From contig JACZWN010000001.1 in assembly GCA_022572105.1 (NCBI GenBank), positions 1 through 56,749 of the forward strand: a stretch of 56,749 bases of DNA, written 5' to 3'. Below the pieces are notes generated by a model. It was not told where the DNA came from. It was given only the letters and a program-made list of their open reading frames with translations, and made no database searches. Both the position numbers and the translations under genes were made by a program. Positions 8,635 to 27,765 of the stretch are shown here, piece after piece. The DNA comes from Pseudomonadota bacterium. GTDB taxonomy: Bacteria > Pseudomonadota > Alphaproteobacteria > Kiloniellales > J153. Each line of letters opens with the position of its first letter. Within the stretch, counting starts at the first letter, position 1.

Positions 8635-8869
8635 GCAACCTGGCGCCCTGGCTTGGCACCCTGGCGCCCTAGCGCATTGGCCGCCCGAGGCGCCGCCCGG
8701 TCTTCCGTGATGTCCCTTACATAATACGCTCGGGCGGCCGTGTCATGGCCGAAGATGGCGTGGCGCGCGCCTAATTCCTTTATCTATTCTTTGTGATCTT
8801 CGTGCCTTGGCGCCGTCGTGGTATTTTCTGCTTCTTCTCTCTGCCTCTGTGGTGAATCTACTTTGGGGC

Positions 8870-10252
8870 TCACCCCACCCCCAGGTCCTTGGCGGTCGCA
8901 TCGAGGCTCGAGCGCAGGATGCGCATGAGCGCGTCGATCTCGGCCTCGGTGATGGTCAGCGAAGGCGACATGATCATGACGTCGCGCACCGCGCGCAGGA
9001 CCGCGCCGCCCGCGAGACAGTGCTCGCGGCAGATCGTGCCGGTCGTGCCCGGCTCGTCGAAGTGGGTCCGGGTCGCCTTGTCCTTCACGATCTCGACCGC
9101 GGCGATGAGGCCGAGCGAGCGCACCTCGCCGACCAATGGGTGCTCGGCCAGTTCGGCCAGGCGCGCGGCCAGGTAGGGCCCGGTCACCTCGTGGGTACGT
9201 TGGACCAGCTTCTCGTCCTCGATGATGCGGATGTTCTCGAGCGCCACCGCGCAGGCGACCGGATGGCCCGAGTAGGTGAAGCCATGGTGGTACTCGCCGC
9301 CCTTGGCGATCAAGGTCTCGGCCACGCGCTCGCCGACCATGGCCGCCGACAGCGGCAGGTAGCCCGAGGTCAGCCCCTTGGCCAGCGTCATCATGTCGGG
9401 CTCGAGGCCGTAGTATTCGCTGGCGAACATGTGCCCGGTGCGGCCGAAGCCGCAGATCACCTCGTCGACGATCAAGAGCACGTCGTGCTTGCGGCAGATG
9501 CGCTGGACCTCGGGCCAGTAGCTCTCGGGCGGGATGACGACCGCGCCGGCGCCCATGATCGGCTCGCCGATGAAGGCGGCGACCGTGTCCGCGCCCAACT
9601 CCAGGATCTTGTCCTCGACCGCCTTGGCCGCCACGAGGCCGAAGTCCTCGGGCGCCAGATCGCCGCCGAAGTCGTACCAGTAGGGCGGCATGACGTGGAC
9701 GAAGCCGGGCAGCGGCAGGTCGACCTGGGCGTGCATGCCCGCCTGGCCGCCCAGGCTGGCCGCGACCATGGTGCTGCCGTGGTAGGCATACTGGCGGCTG
9801 ATGAAGGTCTTCTTGTCGGGCTTGCCCTCGAGCTTCCAGAAGTAGCGCAGCGTGCGCGCGATGGTGTCGTTGGCCTCGGAGCCGGAGGAGCCGAAGAAGA
9901 CGTGGTTCAGGCCTTCGGGCGTGATCTCGGCCAGCTTCTCGGCCAGTTCGACCGAGGCCGGCGTCGCGGTCTTGAAGAAGGTGTTGTAGTAGGGCAGCTC
10001 GATCATCTGCCGGTAGGCGGCCTCGGCCAATTCCTTGCGGCCGTAGCCGACGTTGACGCACCACAGCCCCGCCATGCCGTCGAGGATCTCGTTGCCCTCG
10101 GAGTCGGTGAGCGTCACCCCTTGGCCCCCGGTGATGATACGGCTGCCGCCCTCCTCGGCGAGCGCCTTGGTGTCGGTGAAGGGGTGCAGGTGGTGCTGGA
10201 TGTCGCTGTCGCGCCACCGGGCGGTGGTGTTGCGCGCGGGCAGGCTGGTCAT
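8870..10252 (-). CDS. Class III (omega) aminotransferase, SpuC-like putrescine/beta-alanine--pyruvate aminotransferase family
   Basis: 460 aa. Collinear resemblance to SpuC-type enzymes: HHLHPFTD, AGLWCVNVGYGR, FFGSSGSEANDT, DEVICGFGRTG, FTYSGHPVACAVALENI. Confidence 0.85.
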   Translation of the reverse strand: MTSLPARNTTARWRDSDIQHHLHPFTDTKALAEEGGSRIITGGQGVTLTDSEGNEILDGMAGLWCVNVGYGRKELAEAAYRQMIELPYYNTFFKTATPASVELAEKLAEITPEGLNHVFFGSSGSEANDTIARTLRYFWKLEGKPDKKTFISRQYAYHGSTMVAASLGGQAGMHAQVDLPLPGFVHVMPPYWYDFGGDLAPEDFGLVAAKAVEDKILELGADTVAAFIGEPIMGAGAVVIPPESYWPEVQRICRKHDVLLIVDEVICGFGRTGHMFASEYYGLEPDMMTLAKGLTSGYLPLSAAMVGERVAETLIAKGGEYHHGFTYSGHPVACAVALENIRIIEDEKLVQRTHEVTGPYLAARLAELAEHPLVGEVRSLGLIAAVEIVKDKATRTHFDEPGTTGTICREHCLAGGAVLRAVRDVMIMSPSLTITEAEIDALMRILRSSLDATAKDLGVG

Positions 10253-10460
10253 GTTCTCGGTTCCCTCTAGCTGAGGTTTGGCTTACGGGTCATCCGGGGG
10301 GCTCGGCCGCCCGGTCGAAAGCCGCCGCGCTAGGGGTTGAAGTCGATTCGGGCGCAAAGGATCAACAGCTCGGCGTGTCTCGTGCGCCGCGTAACGTTCC
10401 TGTGGTGACGACGCTTCATGTCCGGCTCCGCGGGCGGGCCTTCGCCGCGCTCGATACTGC

Positions 10461-11801
10461 CTATACGTTTAACAAAAGGTGTTCGCGTTCCCAAGACGAG
10501 ATCACCTGCTGGTAGGCGTCGAGCTCGGTTTCCTTGACCAGGGTCACCGCCTCGACGAAGCGCTCTCCCAAGATGTCCTTGACCGCGCGGCTGGCGTTGT
10601 AGCGGCCGAGCGCATCGTAGAGCGTGCGCGGTAGGGTGTGGGCCAGGCGGTAGGCGCTGCCCTCCACGGGCGCGCGCGGCTTCAGGCGCTGGGTCATGCC
10701 CAGATAGCCGCAGGCGAGCGAGGCCGCGAGCGCCAGATAGGGGTTGGCGTCGGCGCCGACGACCCGGTTCTCGACGCGCCGGTCGTCGGCGTCCGAATCG
10801 GGCACGCGCAGGCCCACGGTGCGGTTGTCGTGGCCCCAATGGGTGTTGATCGGGGCGTCCGAGTGGCGCGTCAGGCGCCGGTAGGAGTTCACGTTGGGCG
10901 CCAAGAGCGGCATCACCGCCGGCAGGTGTTTCTGCAGCCCGGCGATGTGGCTGAGGAACAGCTTGGAGTGCTCGCCGTTCTTCTGGGCGAAGAGGTTGCG
11001 CCCGGTCTTGGCGTCGCGGACGCACTGGTGGATGTGCATCGAGCTGCCCGGCTGGCCCTGCATCGGCTTGGCCATGAAGGTCGCGTAGACCCGGTGGCGC
11101 AGGCCGGCCTCGCGCACCGTGCGCTTGAACAGGAAGGTCTGGTCGGCCAGCTTCATGGCCGGGCCGTGGTTGAAGTTCATCTCCATCTGGGCGGCGCCGG
11201 CCTCGTGGGTCAGGGTTTCGATGTCGATCTCCTGCGCCTCGCAGAAATCGTAGACGTCCTCGAACAGGGAGTCGAACTCGTTGACCGCGTCGACGCCGTA
11301 GGACTGGCGCGAGGTCTCGCGCCGACCGGAGCGCCCGATCGGCGGCTCCAGCGGGTAGTCCGGGTCGGTGTTCACGTCGACCAGGTAGAACTCGAGCTCG
11401 GGCGCCACGTCCGGCACCCAGGAGCGCGCCTCGTAGAGGGCGAGCACCCGGCGCAGCACGGTGCGCGAGGCGAACTCGACCGGCGCGCCGTCCAGATATT
11501 GCGCGTCGCAGATGACCTGGGCGGTCGGCTCCGGGTACCAGGGTACGACGCGGATCGTGCCCGGGTCCGGGACCATGTAGACGTCCTGGACGGTCGGGCT
11601 GATGACCCCTTCGGCCGGGTAATCGCCGGTCACGGTCTGGACGAACACGGCCTCGGGGATGCGCAGGCCCCGCCGCGCCATGCCCTCGAGGAAGCGGCCG
11701 GCCGGCAGGATCTTGCCGCGCGCGATCCCGGCCATGTCCGGCACCAGGCACTCGACCTCGTCGATCTTGTGCTCTTTCAGAAACTCTTCGATGGGGTTCA
11801 T
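10461..11801 (-). CDS. Glutamine synthetase family protein, gamma-glutamylpolyamine synthetase (PuuA/PauA-like)
   Basis: GS catalytic motifs are present: ELEFYL, ATFMAKP, GSSMHIHQ, LAPNVNSYRRL, WGHDNRTVGLRVP, NRVVGADANPYLA. I place the start at MNPIEEFLK (ATG at 11801); the 64-aa Arg/Pro-rich extension in the ORF track looks non-coding. Confidence 0.85.
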   Translation of the reverse strand: MNPIEEFLKEHKIDEVECLVPDMAGIARGKILPAGRFLEGMARRGLRIPEAVFVQTVTGDYPAEGVISPTVQDVYMVPDPGTIRVVPWYPEPTAQVICDAQYLDGAPVEFASRTVLRRVLALYEARSWVPDVAPELEFYLVDVNTDPDYPLEPPIGRSGRRETSRQSYGVDAVNEFDSLFEDVYDFCEAQEIDIETLTHEAGAAQMEMNFNHGPAMKLADQTFLFKRTVREAGLRHRVYATFMAKPMQGQPGSSMHIHQCVRDAKTGRNLFAQKNGEHSKLFLSHIAGLQKHLPAVMPLLAPNVNSYRRLTRHSDAPINTHWGHDNRTVGLRVPDSDADDRRVENRVVGADANPYLALAASLACGYLGMTQRLKPRAPVEGSAYRLAHTLPRTLYDALGRYNASRAVKDILGERFVEAVTLVKETELDAYQQVISSWEREHLLLNV

Positions 11802-12021
11802 GCGTTCACCGGGAAAGCCCGCGCGGCTGTCCGGCCCGGGGCGGGACGGCGCATCCGGGCCCGCCATCGCTAGCACGGCCCGCCGTGGCGAGACAAGCCG
11901 GGGCGAGGGCGGAGCAACGCCGCGGTCGCTTCGACCGCCTGCCCCATGCGAGGCGTTACCGCCGGCCGCCTCCGGTGCCCGCCGCGTCCGCACCGGCCCG
12001 AGGGCCGGGTCGCACGGCGGC

Positions 12022-12357
12022 TCAATCGGTCTGCTTGTTGCGGTGCGCGCGCTTGGCCTGGGCCATCTCCTCGCGCGTCACCCGGCCGTCGCCGTTCAGG
12101 TCGTGCCGCGCGAAGCGGCGTTCGGCGATGGCCTGGAACTCCTCCAGCGAGATGGTGCCGTCCTTGTTCGCGTCGAGGTGCTCGAAGCGGCGCGCGTGGG
12201 CGGCGCGCGCCTCCTCGCGGGTGATCGCGCCGTCCTTGTTGATGTCGATCTTGTCGAAGAGCTTGCCGTGACGTGGCTGCTGGGCCGCGGCGGCGGTGCC
12301 GGCGAGCGCGAGCCCAAAAGCCGTCGCGCCGGCCAGGAAGAGAGTGGTTTTGCGCAT
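12022..12357 (-). CDS. Secreted EF-hand calcium-binding protein (three EF-hand loops)
   Basis: 111 aa starting at MRKTTLFLAGATAFGLALAGTAAAA (signal peptide). The loops are DINKDGAITREE, DANKDGTISLEE and DLNGDGRVTREE. The longer ORF-track version (to 12951) is rejected. Confidence 0.75.
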   Translation of the reverse strand: MRKTTLFLAGATAFGLALAGTAAAAQQPRHGKLFDKIDINKDGAITREEARAAHARRFEHLDANKDGTISLEEFQAIAERRFARHDLNGDGRVTREEMAQAKRAHRNKQTD

Positions 12358-12476
12358 GTCTGTTCCCCTAGGTCTCGGGTGTCGGGCCGCCTGCTCGTGC
12401 CGGCGGCGATACCCGGTGATACGGGAACGGGCGCCTGCGCATCCCCAACAGGGCGGGCGCATCGGGCGCCCGGCGA

Positions 12477-13025
12477 TCAGGCGCCGTTCGGGCCTGTCTC
12501 GGCGTCTTTGTCCGTGCCCCCGCCGGTGTCTTTCCAGGGCGTGATGCGCGGCAACCAGGGCGGCACGTTGGCCTTGTAGCGGCGGAAATCCTCGCCGAAA
12601 CGCTGCTCGAGCGCCGGCTCCTCCACGAGCGGAATGTAGGCCGCGTTGGCCGCCGCGAAGATCACTGCCCAGCCGAGCACCGGCAGGGAACCGAACAGCA
12701 GCGCCTCGCCCAGGAGCACGGCGATCACGCCGCTGATCATCGGGTTGCGGAGGTGCCGGTAGGGGCCGACGGCGACCAGGTTCCGGGTCGGCTCCCAAGG
12801 CGCGTGCGTGCCCTCGCCGACGCGCACGAACAGGCTCATGGTCCAGGCCATGAGGCCCAGCCCCGCCGCGGTGACGGCGAGCGCCACCCACATCCAGACA
12901 TTGTCCGGGCGTGCCAGCTGCCAGGAATTGGCGGTTCCGTCGGTCAACCAAAGCACGACGGCGGGGATCGCGACCAGCACGCCGCCCGGCAGAAGCAGGA
13001 TGTTGCGCACCATGGCACCTGTCAT
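12477..13025 (-). CDS. Isoprenylcysteine carboxyl methyltransferase (ICMT)/phospholipid methyltransferase family membrane protein
   Basis: Hydrophobic multi-TM protein with GPYRHLRNPMISGV...EEPALEQRFGEDFRRYKANVPPWLP, typical of the ICMT/PEMT family. The start MTGAMV at 13025 overlaps the upstream stop (ATGA). An alternative ATG lies at 13013. Confidence 0.7.
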   Translation of the reverse strand: MTGAMVRNILLLPGGVLVAIPAVVLWLTDGTANSWQLARPDNVWMWVALAVTAAGLGLMAWTMSLFVRVGEGTHAPWEPTRNLVAVGPYRHLRNPMISGVIAVLLGEALLFGSLPVLGWAVIFAAANAAYIPLVEEPALEQRFGEDFRRYKANVPPWLPRITPWKDTGGGTDKDAETGPNGA

Positions 13026-13909
13026 GGATTCGGCCCTCCCGTGCCGCGAATCCGGCCGAGCAGCTCGTACAGCGCCGCGGCGGCGGCGTTCGAGACGTTG
13101 AGCGCGTCGATTGGCGGCCGCGTCGGCAGCCTCGCCATGACGTCGCAGGCCTCGCGGGTCAATCGGCGCAGTCCCGTGTCCTCGGCGCCCAGGACCAGTG
13201 CGAGCGCGCCGCCGGGGTCGGCCTCGGCCAGGGCTTGTTCCGCCTCGCCGCTCAGCCCCAGGCACCAGAAACCCGCCGTCTTCAAGGTCTCCAGGGCGCG
13301 CGCCAGGTTGCCGACCTGGAGGTAGGGCACGTGCTCCAGGGCGCCGGAGGCGGCCTTGGCGAGGCTGCCGGACTCGGGCGGGGCATGGCGCCGGGTCGTG
13401 ATCAGGGCGCGCGCGCCGAACGCCGCGGCCGAGCGCAGCACGGCGCCGACGTTCTGCGGGTCCGTCACCTGGTCGAGGACGACGATCACGACGCGGCCCT
13501 CGGTGGCGCCCCGAGTCCCGGGCCCGGCCAGGACGGCGCGCAAATCGGGCTGGGCCAGGGGCCTGGCGAGCAGGGCCAATCCCTGATGGACCGCGCCCTC
13601 GGGCAGATTCCGGGCGATATCTTCCCGCGTCACGGGATCGAGGGACGGCACTTCGGCGGGATCGCGTGTGCGCCGCGCGGCCAGGAGCGAGTCGATGCGC
13701 GGGCCGTGGCGTTGCGCCGCCTCCGGACCGAGCAGCAGCCGCCGGCAGCGGCGGCGCGGATTGGCCAGCGCCTCGATGACCGTGTGAGCCCCGTAGAGCC
13801 AGATCGGGGTCTCGCCGGAGGCGTACCGGGCCCGCCGCTTGGCGGGCTTTTCGGCTGGTCCGACGGGCCTTGGCCGGCCGCGGCTACGTGGGGGCTTGCG
13901 CTCGCTCAT
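13022..13909 (-). CDS. rlmB: SpoU/TrmH-family RNA 2'-O-methyltransferase (RlmB-like, 23S rRNA Gm methyltransferase)
   Basis: 295 aa with SpoU motifs: VLDQVTDPQNVGAVLRSAAAFG, LVLGAEDTGLRRLTREACD, LNVSNAAAAALYEL. It has a basic N-terminal tail. The position next to tRNA-Tyr/tuf is common in alphaproteobacteria. Confidence 0.8.
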   Translation of the reverse strand: MSERKPPRSRGRPRPVGPAEKPAKRRARYASGETPIWLYGAHTVIEALANPRRRCRRLLLGPEAAQRHGPRIDSLLAARRTRDPAEVPSLDPVTREDIARNLPEGAVHQGLALLARPLAQPDLRAVLAGPGTRGATEGRVVIVVLDQVTDPQNVGAVLRSAAAFGARALITTRRHAPPESGSLAKAASGALEHVPYLQVGNLARALETLKTAGFWCLGLSGEAEQALAEADPGGALALVLGAEDTGLRRLTREACDVMARLPTRPPIDALNVSNAAAAALYELLGRIRGTGGPNP

Positions 13910-14071
13910 AATGATGCCTACTATGTCGACTACATCGAAGGGTTTCGCAAGCGTTGCGTCCGGTCGGGCGGAAGTTCGGTCGCGTGCGGCGCTGTCGTAG
14001 TGTTTGACGTTGACAGGCCGGGTTAAATCAACATATTTCGCAACTCCATCGTGCCGCTTCGCGCGGGATCA

Positions 14072-14156
14072 GGAGGGGTGCCCGAGTGGTTAAAGGGGAC
14101 GGGCTGTAAACCCGTTGGCTATGCCTACGTTGGTTCGAATCCAACCCCCTCCACCA
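14072..14156 (+). tRNA. tRNA-Tyr (anticodon GUA)
   Basis: GGAGGGGTGCCCGAGTGGTTAAAGGGGACGGGCTGTAAACCCGTTGGCTATGCCTACGTTGGTTCGAATCCAACCCCCTCCACCA. It has a long variable arm, anticodon loop CTGTAAA, and acceptor GGAGGGG/CCCCTCC. Confidence 0.93.
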
Positions 14157-14217
14157 CGCAACTCCGAATCCGCTCGACGCGGGCCGGCGCCAAACCGAAA
14201 GCGGGTGTCGCTCAGAA

Positions 14218-14291
<74 letters not shown>

Positions 14292-14371
14292 GTTCGAGCG
14301 GCGGCCGATGGGGTTGGGATGTCCAGCGTGGGCCAGACGTAAACGAGACGTATGACGTAAACGAGGCGAAG

Positions 14372-15581
<1,210 letters not shown>

Positions 15582-15609
15582 CGCCAAGCGGCGCCGACGA
15601 AGGAGTAAA

Positions 15610-15685
15610 AGGAGTGTAGCTCAATTGGCAGAGCACCGGTCTCCAAAACCGGGGGTTGTGGGTTCGAGTCCCTCCACTCCTGCCA
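15610..15685 (+). tRNA. tRNA-Trp (anticodon CCA)
   Basis: AGGAGTGTAGCTCAATTGGCAGAGCACCGGTCTCCAAAACCGGGGGTTGTGGGTTCGAGTCCCTCCACTCCTGCCA. Anticodon loop CTCCAAA. The position between tuf and secE is typical. Confidence 0.93.
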
Positions 15686-15783
15686 ACCTCCGAATCCGGC
15701 GGGCCGGCCGGTGGGCCAAATTGAGCGTTTGTACAATATCGCGGCCAGGCTAGACCGGGATCGGGGATCGCGAAGACGGGAAC

Positions 15784-15975
15784 ATGGTGAAAGTCAATCC
15801 AGGCCAATTCATCCGGGAAGTCCGGCGCGAGGTGTCCAAGGTCACTTGGCCGAGCCGCAAGGAGACCACCGTGTCCACGGGGATGGTGTTTGTCATGGTG
15901 TTTGTGGCGGCGCTGTTCTTCTTCCTGATCGACCAGGTTCTTTCCAACCTGGTCAAACTGATTCTCGCACTCTGA
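15784..15975 (+). CDS. secE: Preprotein translocase subunit SecE
   Basis: 63 aa, [29 protein letters not shown] followed by a single TM helix. Lies immediately upstream of nusG. Confidence 0.92.
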   Translation: MVKVNPGQFIREVRREVSKVTWPSRKETTVSTGMVFVMVFVAALFFFLIDQVLSNLVKLILAL

Positions 15976-15984
15976 GGCTGATCC

Positions 15985-16515
15985 ATGGCGATGCGCTGGT
16001 ACGTGCTCCACGTTTATTCGGGCTTCGAGAAGAAGATCGCGGAATCGATCCGCGAGCAGGCCCGGCAAAAAGGCATGGAGGAGCTGTTCGAGGAGGTTCT
16101 CGTGCCCACCGAGGAAGTTATCGAGTTGCGCCGCGGCCAGAAGGTCAGCTCCGAGCGAAAGTTCTTCCCCGGTTACGTCCTGATCAAGATGGAGCTCGGC
16201 GACGACAGTTGGCACCTGGTCAAGAACACGCCCAAGGTGACCGGTTTTCTGGGCAATCGCGGGCGCCCGAGCCCGATCTCCCAGGCCGAGGCGGAGCGCA
16301 TCCTGCACCAGGTCAAGGAGGGCGTGGAGCGGCCCAAGCCGTCGGTCACCTTCGAGATCGGCGAGCAGGTGCGGGTCGCCGACGGTCCGTTCAACTCGTT
16401 CACCGGTTACGTGGAGGAGGTCGACGAGGAGCGCGCCCGTCTCAAGGTGGCCGTGTCCATTTTTGGACGCGCGACCCCGGTCGAGTTGGAGTATTCGCAG
16501 GTCGAGAAGCAGTAG
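15985..16515 (+). CDS. nusG: Transcription termination/antitermination factor NusG
   Basis: 176 aa. WYVLHVYSGFEKK..., FPGYVLIKM, and the KOW region GEQVRVADGPFNSFTGYVEEVD. Confidence 0.96.
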   Translation: MAMRWYVLHVYSGFEKKIAESIREQARQKGMEELFEEVLVPTEEVIELRRGQKVSSERKFFPGYVLIKMELGDDSWHLVKNTPKVTGFLGNRGRPSPISQAEAERILHQVKEGVERPKPSVTFEIGEQVRVADGPFNSFTGYVEEVDEERARLKVAVSIFGRATPVELEYSQVEKQ

Positions 16516-16622
16516 GGACGGTATTTCACGGCGCCCGGAGCGTGTTCCGGGTGCCGAAACGGCGCGGGAGGCTCGCCATGGCCGCGACCGCGCGGCCCGT
16601 GAACCAAAAAAGGGTTAAGTAG

Positions 16623-17051
16623 ATGGCGAAGAAGGTCGTGGGTTACGTCAAGCTGGAGATCGCGGCGGGTCAGGCCAACCCCTCGCCGCCGGTCGGGCCG
16701 GCGCTGGGCCAGCGTGGCCTCAACATCATGGAGTTCTGCAAGGCCTTCAACGCGGCCACCCAGAACCTGGAGCCGGGCACGCCGACGCCGGTGATCATCA
16801 CCGCCTACGCCGACCGCTCCTTTAGTTTCGAGACCAAGACGGCGCCGGCCTCCTACTACCTGAAGAAGGCCGCCGGCATCCCGAAGGGCAGCCAGGAGCC
16901 GAGCAAGGAGACGGCCGGAACCGTGACCATGGACCAGGTCCGCGAGATCGCCGAGGCCAAGATGGTGGACCTGAACGCCAACGACATCGACGCGGCGGCC
17001 AAGATCATCGCCGGCTCGGCGCGCTCCATGGGCCTCGAGGTGGTGGACTAG
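16623..17051 (+). CDS. rplK: 50S ribosomal protein L11
   Basis: 142 aa. [43 protein letters not shown]. Confidence 0.97.
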   Translation: MAKKVVGYVKLEIAAGQANPSPPVGPALGQRGLNIMEFCKAFNAATQNLEPGTPTPVIITAYADRSFSFETKTAPASYYLKKAAGIPKGSQEPSKETAGTVTMDQVREIAEAKMVDLNANDIDAAAKIIAGSARSMGLEVVD

Positions 17052-17056
17052 GGACG

Positions 17057-17758
17057 ATGGCACGCACGAGCAAACGGCTGAACAAGGCTTACGACGGCCT
17101 CGACAATGTCGCCGCCTATCCGGTCGAGGAGGCGGTCAAGCTGGTCAAGGAGCGCAGCGTCGTCAAGTTCGACGAAACCGTCGAGATCGCCATGAACCTG
17201 GGCGTCGATCCGCGCCACGCCGACCAGAACGTGCGCGGCGTGGTCAATCTGCCGCACGGCACCGGCAAGGCGGTGCGGGTCGCCGTCTTCGCCAAGGGCG
17301 ACAAGGCCGAGGAAGCCAAGGCGGCCGGCGCCGACGTGGTCGGGGCGGAGGATCTCGCCGAACAGATTAAATCGGGCAAGATGGATTTCGATCGCTGCAT
17401 CGCGACCCCGGACATGATGCCGGTGGTCGGCCGGCTGGGCAAGATCCTGGGCCCGCGCGGCATGATGCCGAACCCGAAACTAGGCTCGGTCACCAACGAC
17501 GTGGGCGCGGCCATCCAGGCGGCCAAGGGCGGCCAGGTCGAGTTTCGGGTCGAGAAGGCCGGAATCATCCATGCCGGCGTGGGCAAGGTGAGTTTCTCGG
17601 ATGATGCCCTGGTCGAGAACATCAAGGCGTTCGTCGGCGCGATCAGCCGGGCCAAGCCGAGCGGGGCCAAGGGCACCTACATCAAGCGGGTGTCGTTATC
17701 CTCGACCATGGGTCCGGGGTTGAAGATTGACGTTGCCAGCGTGTTCGGCGCGCCGTAA
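17057..17758 (+). CDS. rplA: 50S ribosomal protein L1
   Basis: 233 aa. [34 protein letters not shown]. Follows rplK. Confidence 0.97.
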   Translation: MARTSKRLNKAYDGLDNVAAYPVEEAVKLVKERSVVKFDETVEIAMNLGVDPRHADQNVRGVVNLPHGTGKAVRVAVFAKGDKAEEAKAAGADVVGAEDLAEQIKSGKMDFDRCIATPDMMPVVGRLGKILGPRGMMPNPKLGSVTNDVGAAIQAAKGGQVEFRVEKAGIIHAGVGKVSFSDDALVENIKAFVGAISRAKPSGAKGTYIKRVSLSSTMGPGLKIDVASVFGAP

Positions 17759-18105
17759 GAGGCGGCGCCGAACGCGGCGAGAAGGAATTCCGGCGCGCCC
17801 CGACGAGGGGGTCGTCGGGAACCGGGACGGTGGCCCACGGGAGCAACGGGGGTTCCGGCCCGACCTGTCCGAGACTGCAGGTGTCCAAAGGGCGCGCCCG
17901 GCGGACTTAAGCCATTCTTGGGGCCTGCACAGACGGTGAAGTAGAGCACACTCCGGTCCCCGGACTGCCCGGGAATCGGCGGGCTTGAGCTTCCAGGACG
18001 GGCGAACCGGGCTTCCGGAGCTGTCTCGGAAGCCTTCGTGCGAACCGGCCGGCCACCGCGCTCGCGTGCGGGCAAGGCCCGGCCAAGAAAGAGCGGTAGC
18101 GTTCA
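17759..18105 (+). promoter_or_regulatory. Long structured rplJ 5' leader (probable L10/L12 autoregulatory leader region)
   Basis: 347-nt non-coding GC-rich spacer between rplA and rplJ with many local inverted repeats. The position corresponds to the known L10 leader. No covariance-model check was possible. Confidence 0.45.
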
Positions 18106-18624
18106 GTGGACCGAAGCGAAAAGGAAGCACTGGTCGCCGATCTGCATCGGACCTTCGAGGACACCACGCTGCTCGTCATTACCCATCAGACGGGGTTGAC
18201 GGTGGCGGAGGTGTCCGATCTACGCAGGCGGATGCGCCAGGCCGGCGCCACCTACAAGGTGACCAAGAACCGGCTCACGAAGCGCGCTCTCGAGGGCACG
18301 AAGTTTCAGGCGCTACAGCCGCTGTTCACCGGACCGACGGCGATTGCCTACTCGGACGACCCGGTGGCCGCGGCCAAGGTCTGCTTCGAGTTCGCCAAGA
18401 AGAACGAGAAGCTGACCGTCGTCGGCGGGGCACTGGATGAGGAGCAGCTCGATATCGGGCGGATCAAGGACCTCGCACAGTTGCCGTCGCTCGACGAGTT
18501 GCGCGCCAGATTGATCGGCGTCGTGCAGGCGCCGGCCACCAAGTTGGCCGGAGTCATACAGGCACCCGCCGCCCAGCTGGCCCGCGTATTCAGCGCCTAT
18601 GGCTCTCAAGAGGATGCGGCGTAA
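18106..18624 (+). CDS. rplJ: 50S ribosomal protein L10
   Basis: 172 aa with a GTG start. MDRSEKEALVADLHRTFEDTTLLVITHQTGLTVAEVSDLRRRMR. Confidence 0.95.
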   Translation: MDRSEKEALVADLHRTFEDTTLLVITHQTGLTVAEVSDLRRRMRQAGATYKVTKNRLTKRALEGTKFQALQPLFTGPTAIAYSDDPVAAAKVCFEFAKKNEKLTVVGGALDEEQLDIGRIKDLAQLPSLDELRARLIGVVQAPATKLAGVIQAPAAQLARVFSAYGSQEDAA

Positions 18625-18666
18625 GCCAACCGAAAAACTGAAAGTTCAAGCCCAGGAGATTGAAAA

Positions 18667-19044
18667 ATGGCCAATCTGGACACACTAGTCGATGAGCTCT
18701 CGAAACTCACTGTGCTCGAGGCGGCGGACCTCGCCAAGAAACTGGAGGAGACCTGGGGTGTCTCCGCGGCGGTGCCGATGGCGGTCGCTGCGGCGCCGGG
18801 CGCCGGCGAGGCGGCGGACGCCGCCGCCGAGCAGGACACCTTCGATGTCATTCTGGCGGCGTACGGCGAAAAGAAGATCAACGTGATCAAGGAAGTCCGC
18901 GCGATCACCACGCTCGGCCTCAAGGAGGCCAAGGACCTGGTCGAAGCCGCGCCGAAGGCGGTCAAGGAAGGCTGTTCGAAAAGCGAGGCCGAGGAGATCA
19001 AGGCCAAGCTCGAGAGTGCCGGTGCAACGGTCGAGCTCAAGTAG
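18667..19044 (+). CDS. rplL: 50S ribosomal protein L7/L12
   Basis: 125 aa. An Ala-rich hinge and the C-terminal [28 protein letters not shown]...[13 protein letters not shown]. Confidence 0.97.
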   Translation: MANLDTLVDELSKLTVLEAADLAKKLEETWGVSAAVPMAVAAAPGAGEAADAAAEQDTFDVILAAYGEKKINVIKEVRAITTLGLKEAKDLVEAAPKAVKEGCSKSEAEEIKAKLESAGATVELK

Positions 19045-19121
19045 CTCGAGTTGGCCGAGACGAACGCCAGGCGGCGTGGCCCGGTCGATGCGCGCTCATC
19101 GCGCCGCGCCGGTCTTGCGCG

Positions 19122-19147
19122 CCTGGGCGTTGGGCCTGGGCGTTGAG
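19122..19147 (+). repeat. 13-nt tandem duplication in the rplL-rpoB spacer
   Basis: CCTGGGCGTTGGG (19122-19134) is followed by CCTGGGCGTTGAG (19135-19147). Confidence 0.8.
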
Positions 19148-19274
19148 GATACCACCCGAACCGGGCGCGCCGGCATTTGGGGGCGAAGATGGCTAGGGTC
19201 GACGGCGTCGCCGCACCGAGCCGTAGGGGCGTCACAGCGGGCGCCGAATTCGACGAAGCGAGGACGTAACTGAC

Positions 19275-23456
<4,182 letters not shown>

Positions 23457-23511
23457 ACGCAGTACGCGATTCCCGAACCCGGGCGACCCGGTGGTTTAGG
23501 GCGTGGTCTAG

Positions 23512-27765
<4,254 letters not shown>

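Noticed and set aside
10461-11993. Longer 510-aa version of the GS-family ORF; similarly the 309-aa (12022..12951), 262-aa (12477..13265), 523-aa (46640..48211) and 384-aa (52332..53486) ORF-track versions
   Set aside because: The N-terminal extensions are Arg/Pro/Gly-rich, overlap neighbouring genes or repeats, and precede internal ATGs that give canonical family N-termini or signal peptides.
14010-14038. TTGACA at 14010-14015 upstream of tRNA-Tyr as a promoter -35 box
   Set aside because: The best -10 at 17-nt spacing is ATATTT/TATTTC, a poor match. It is plausible but not supportable from sequence alone, so it is not listed as a feature.
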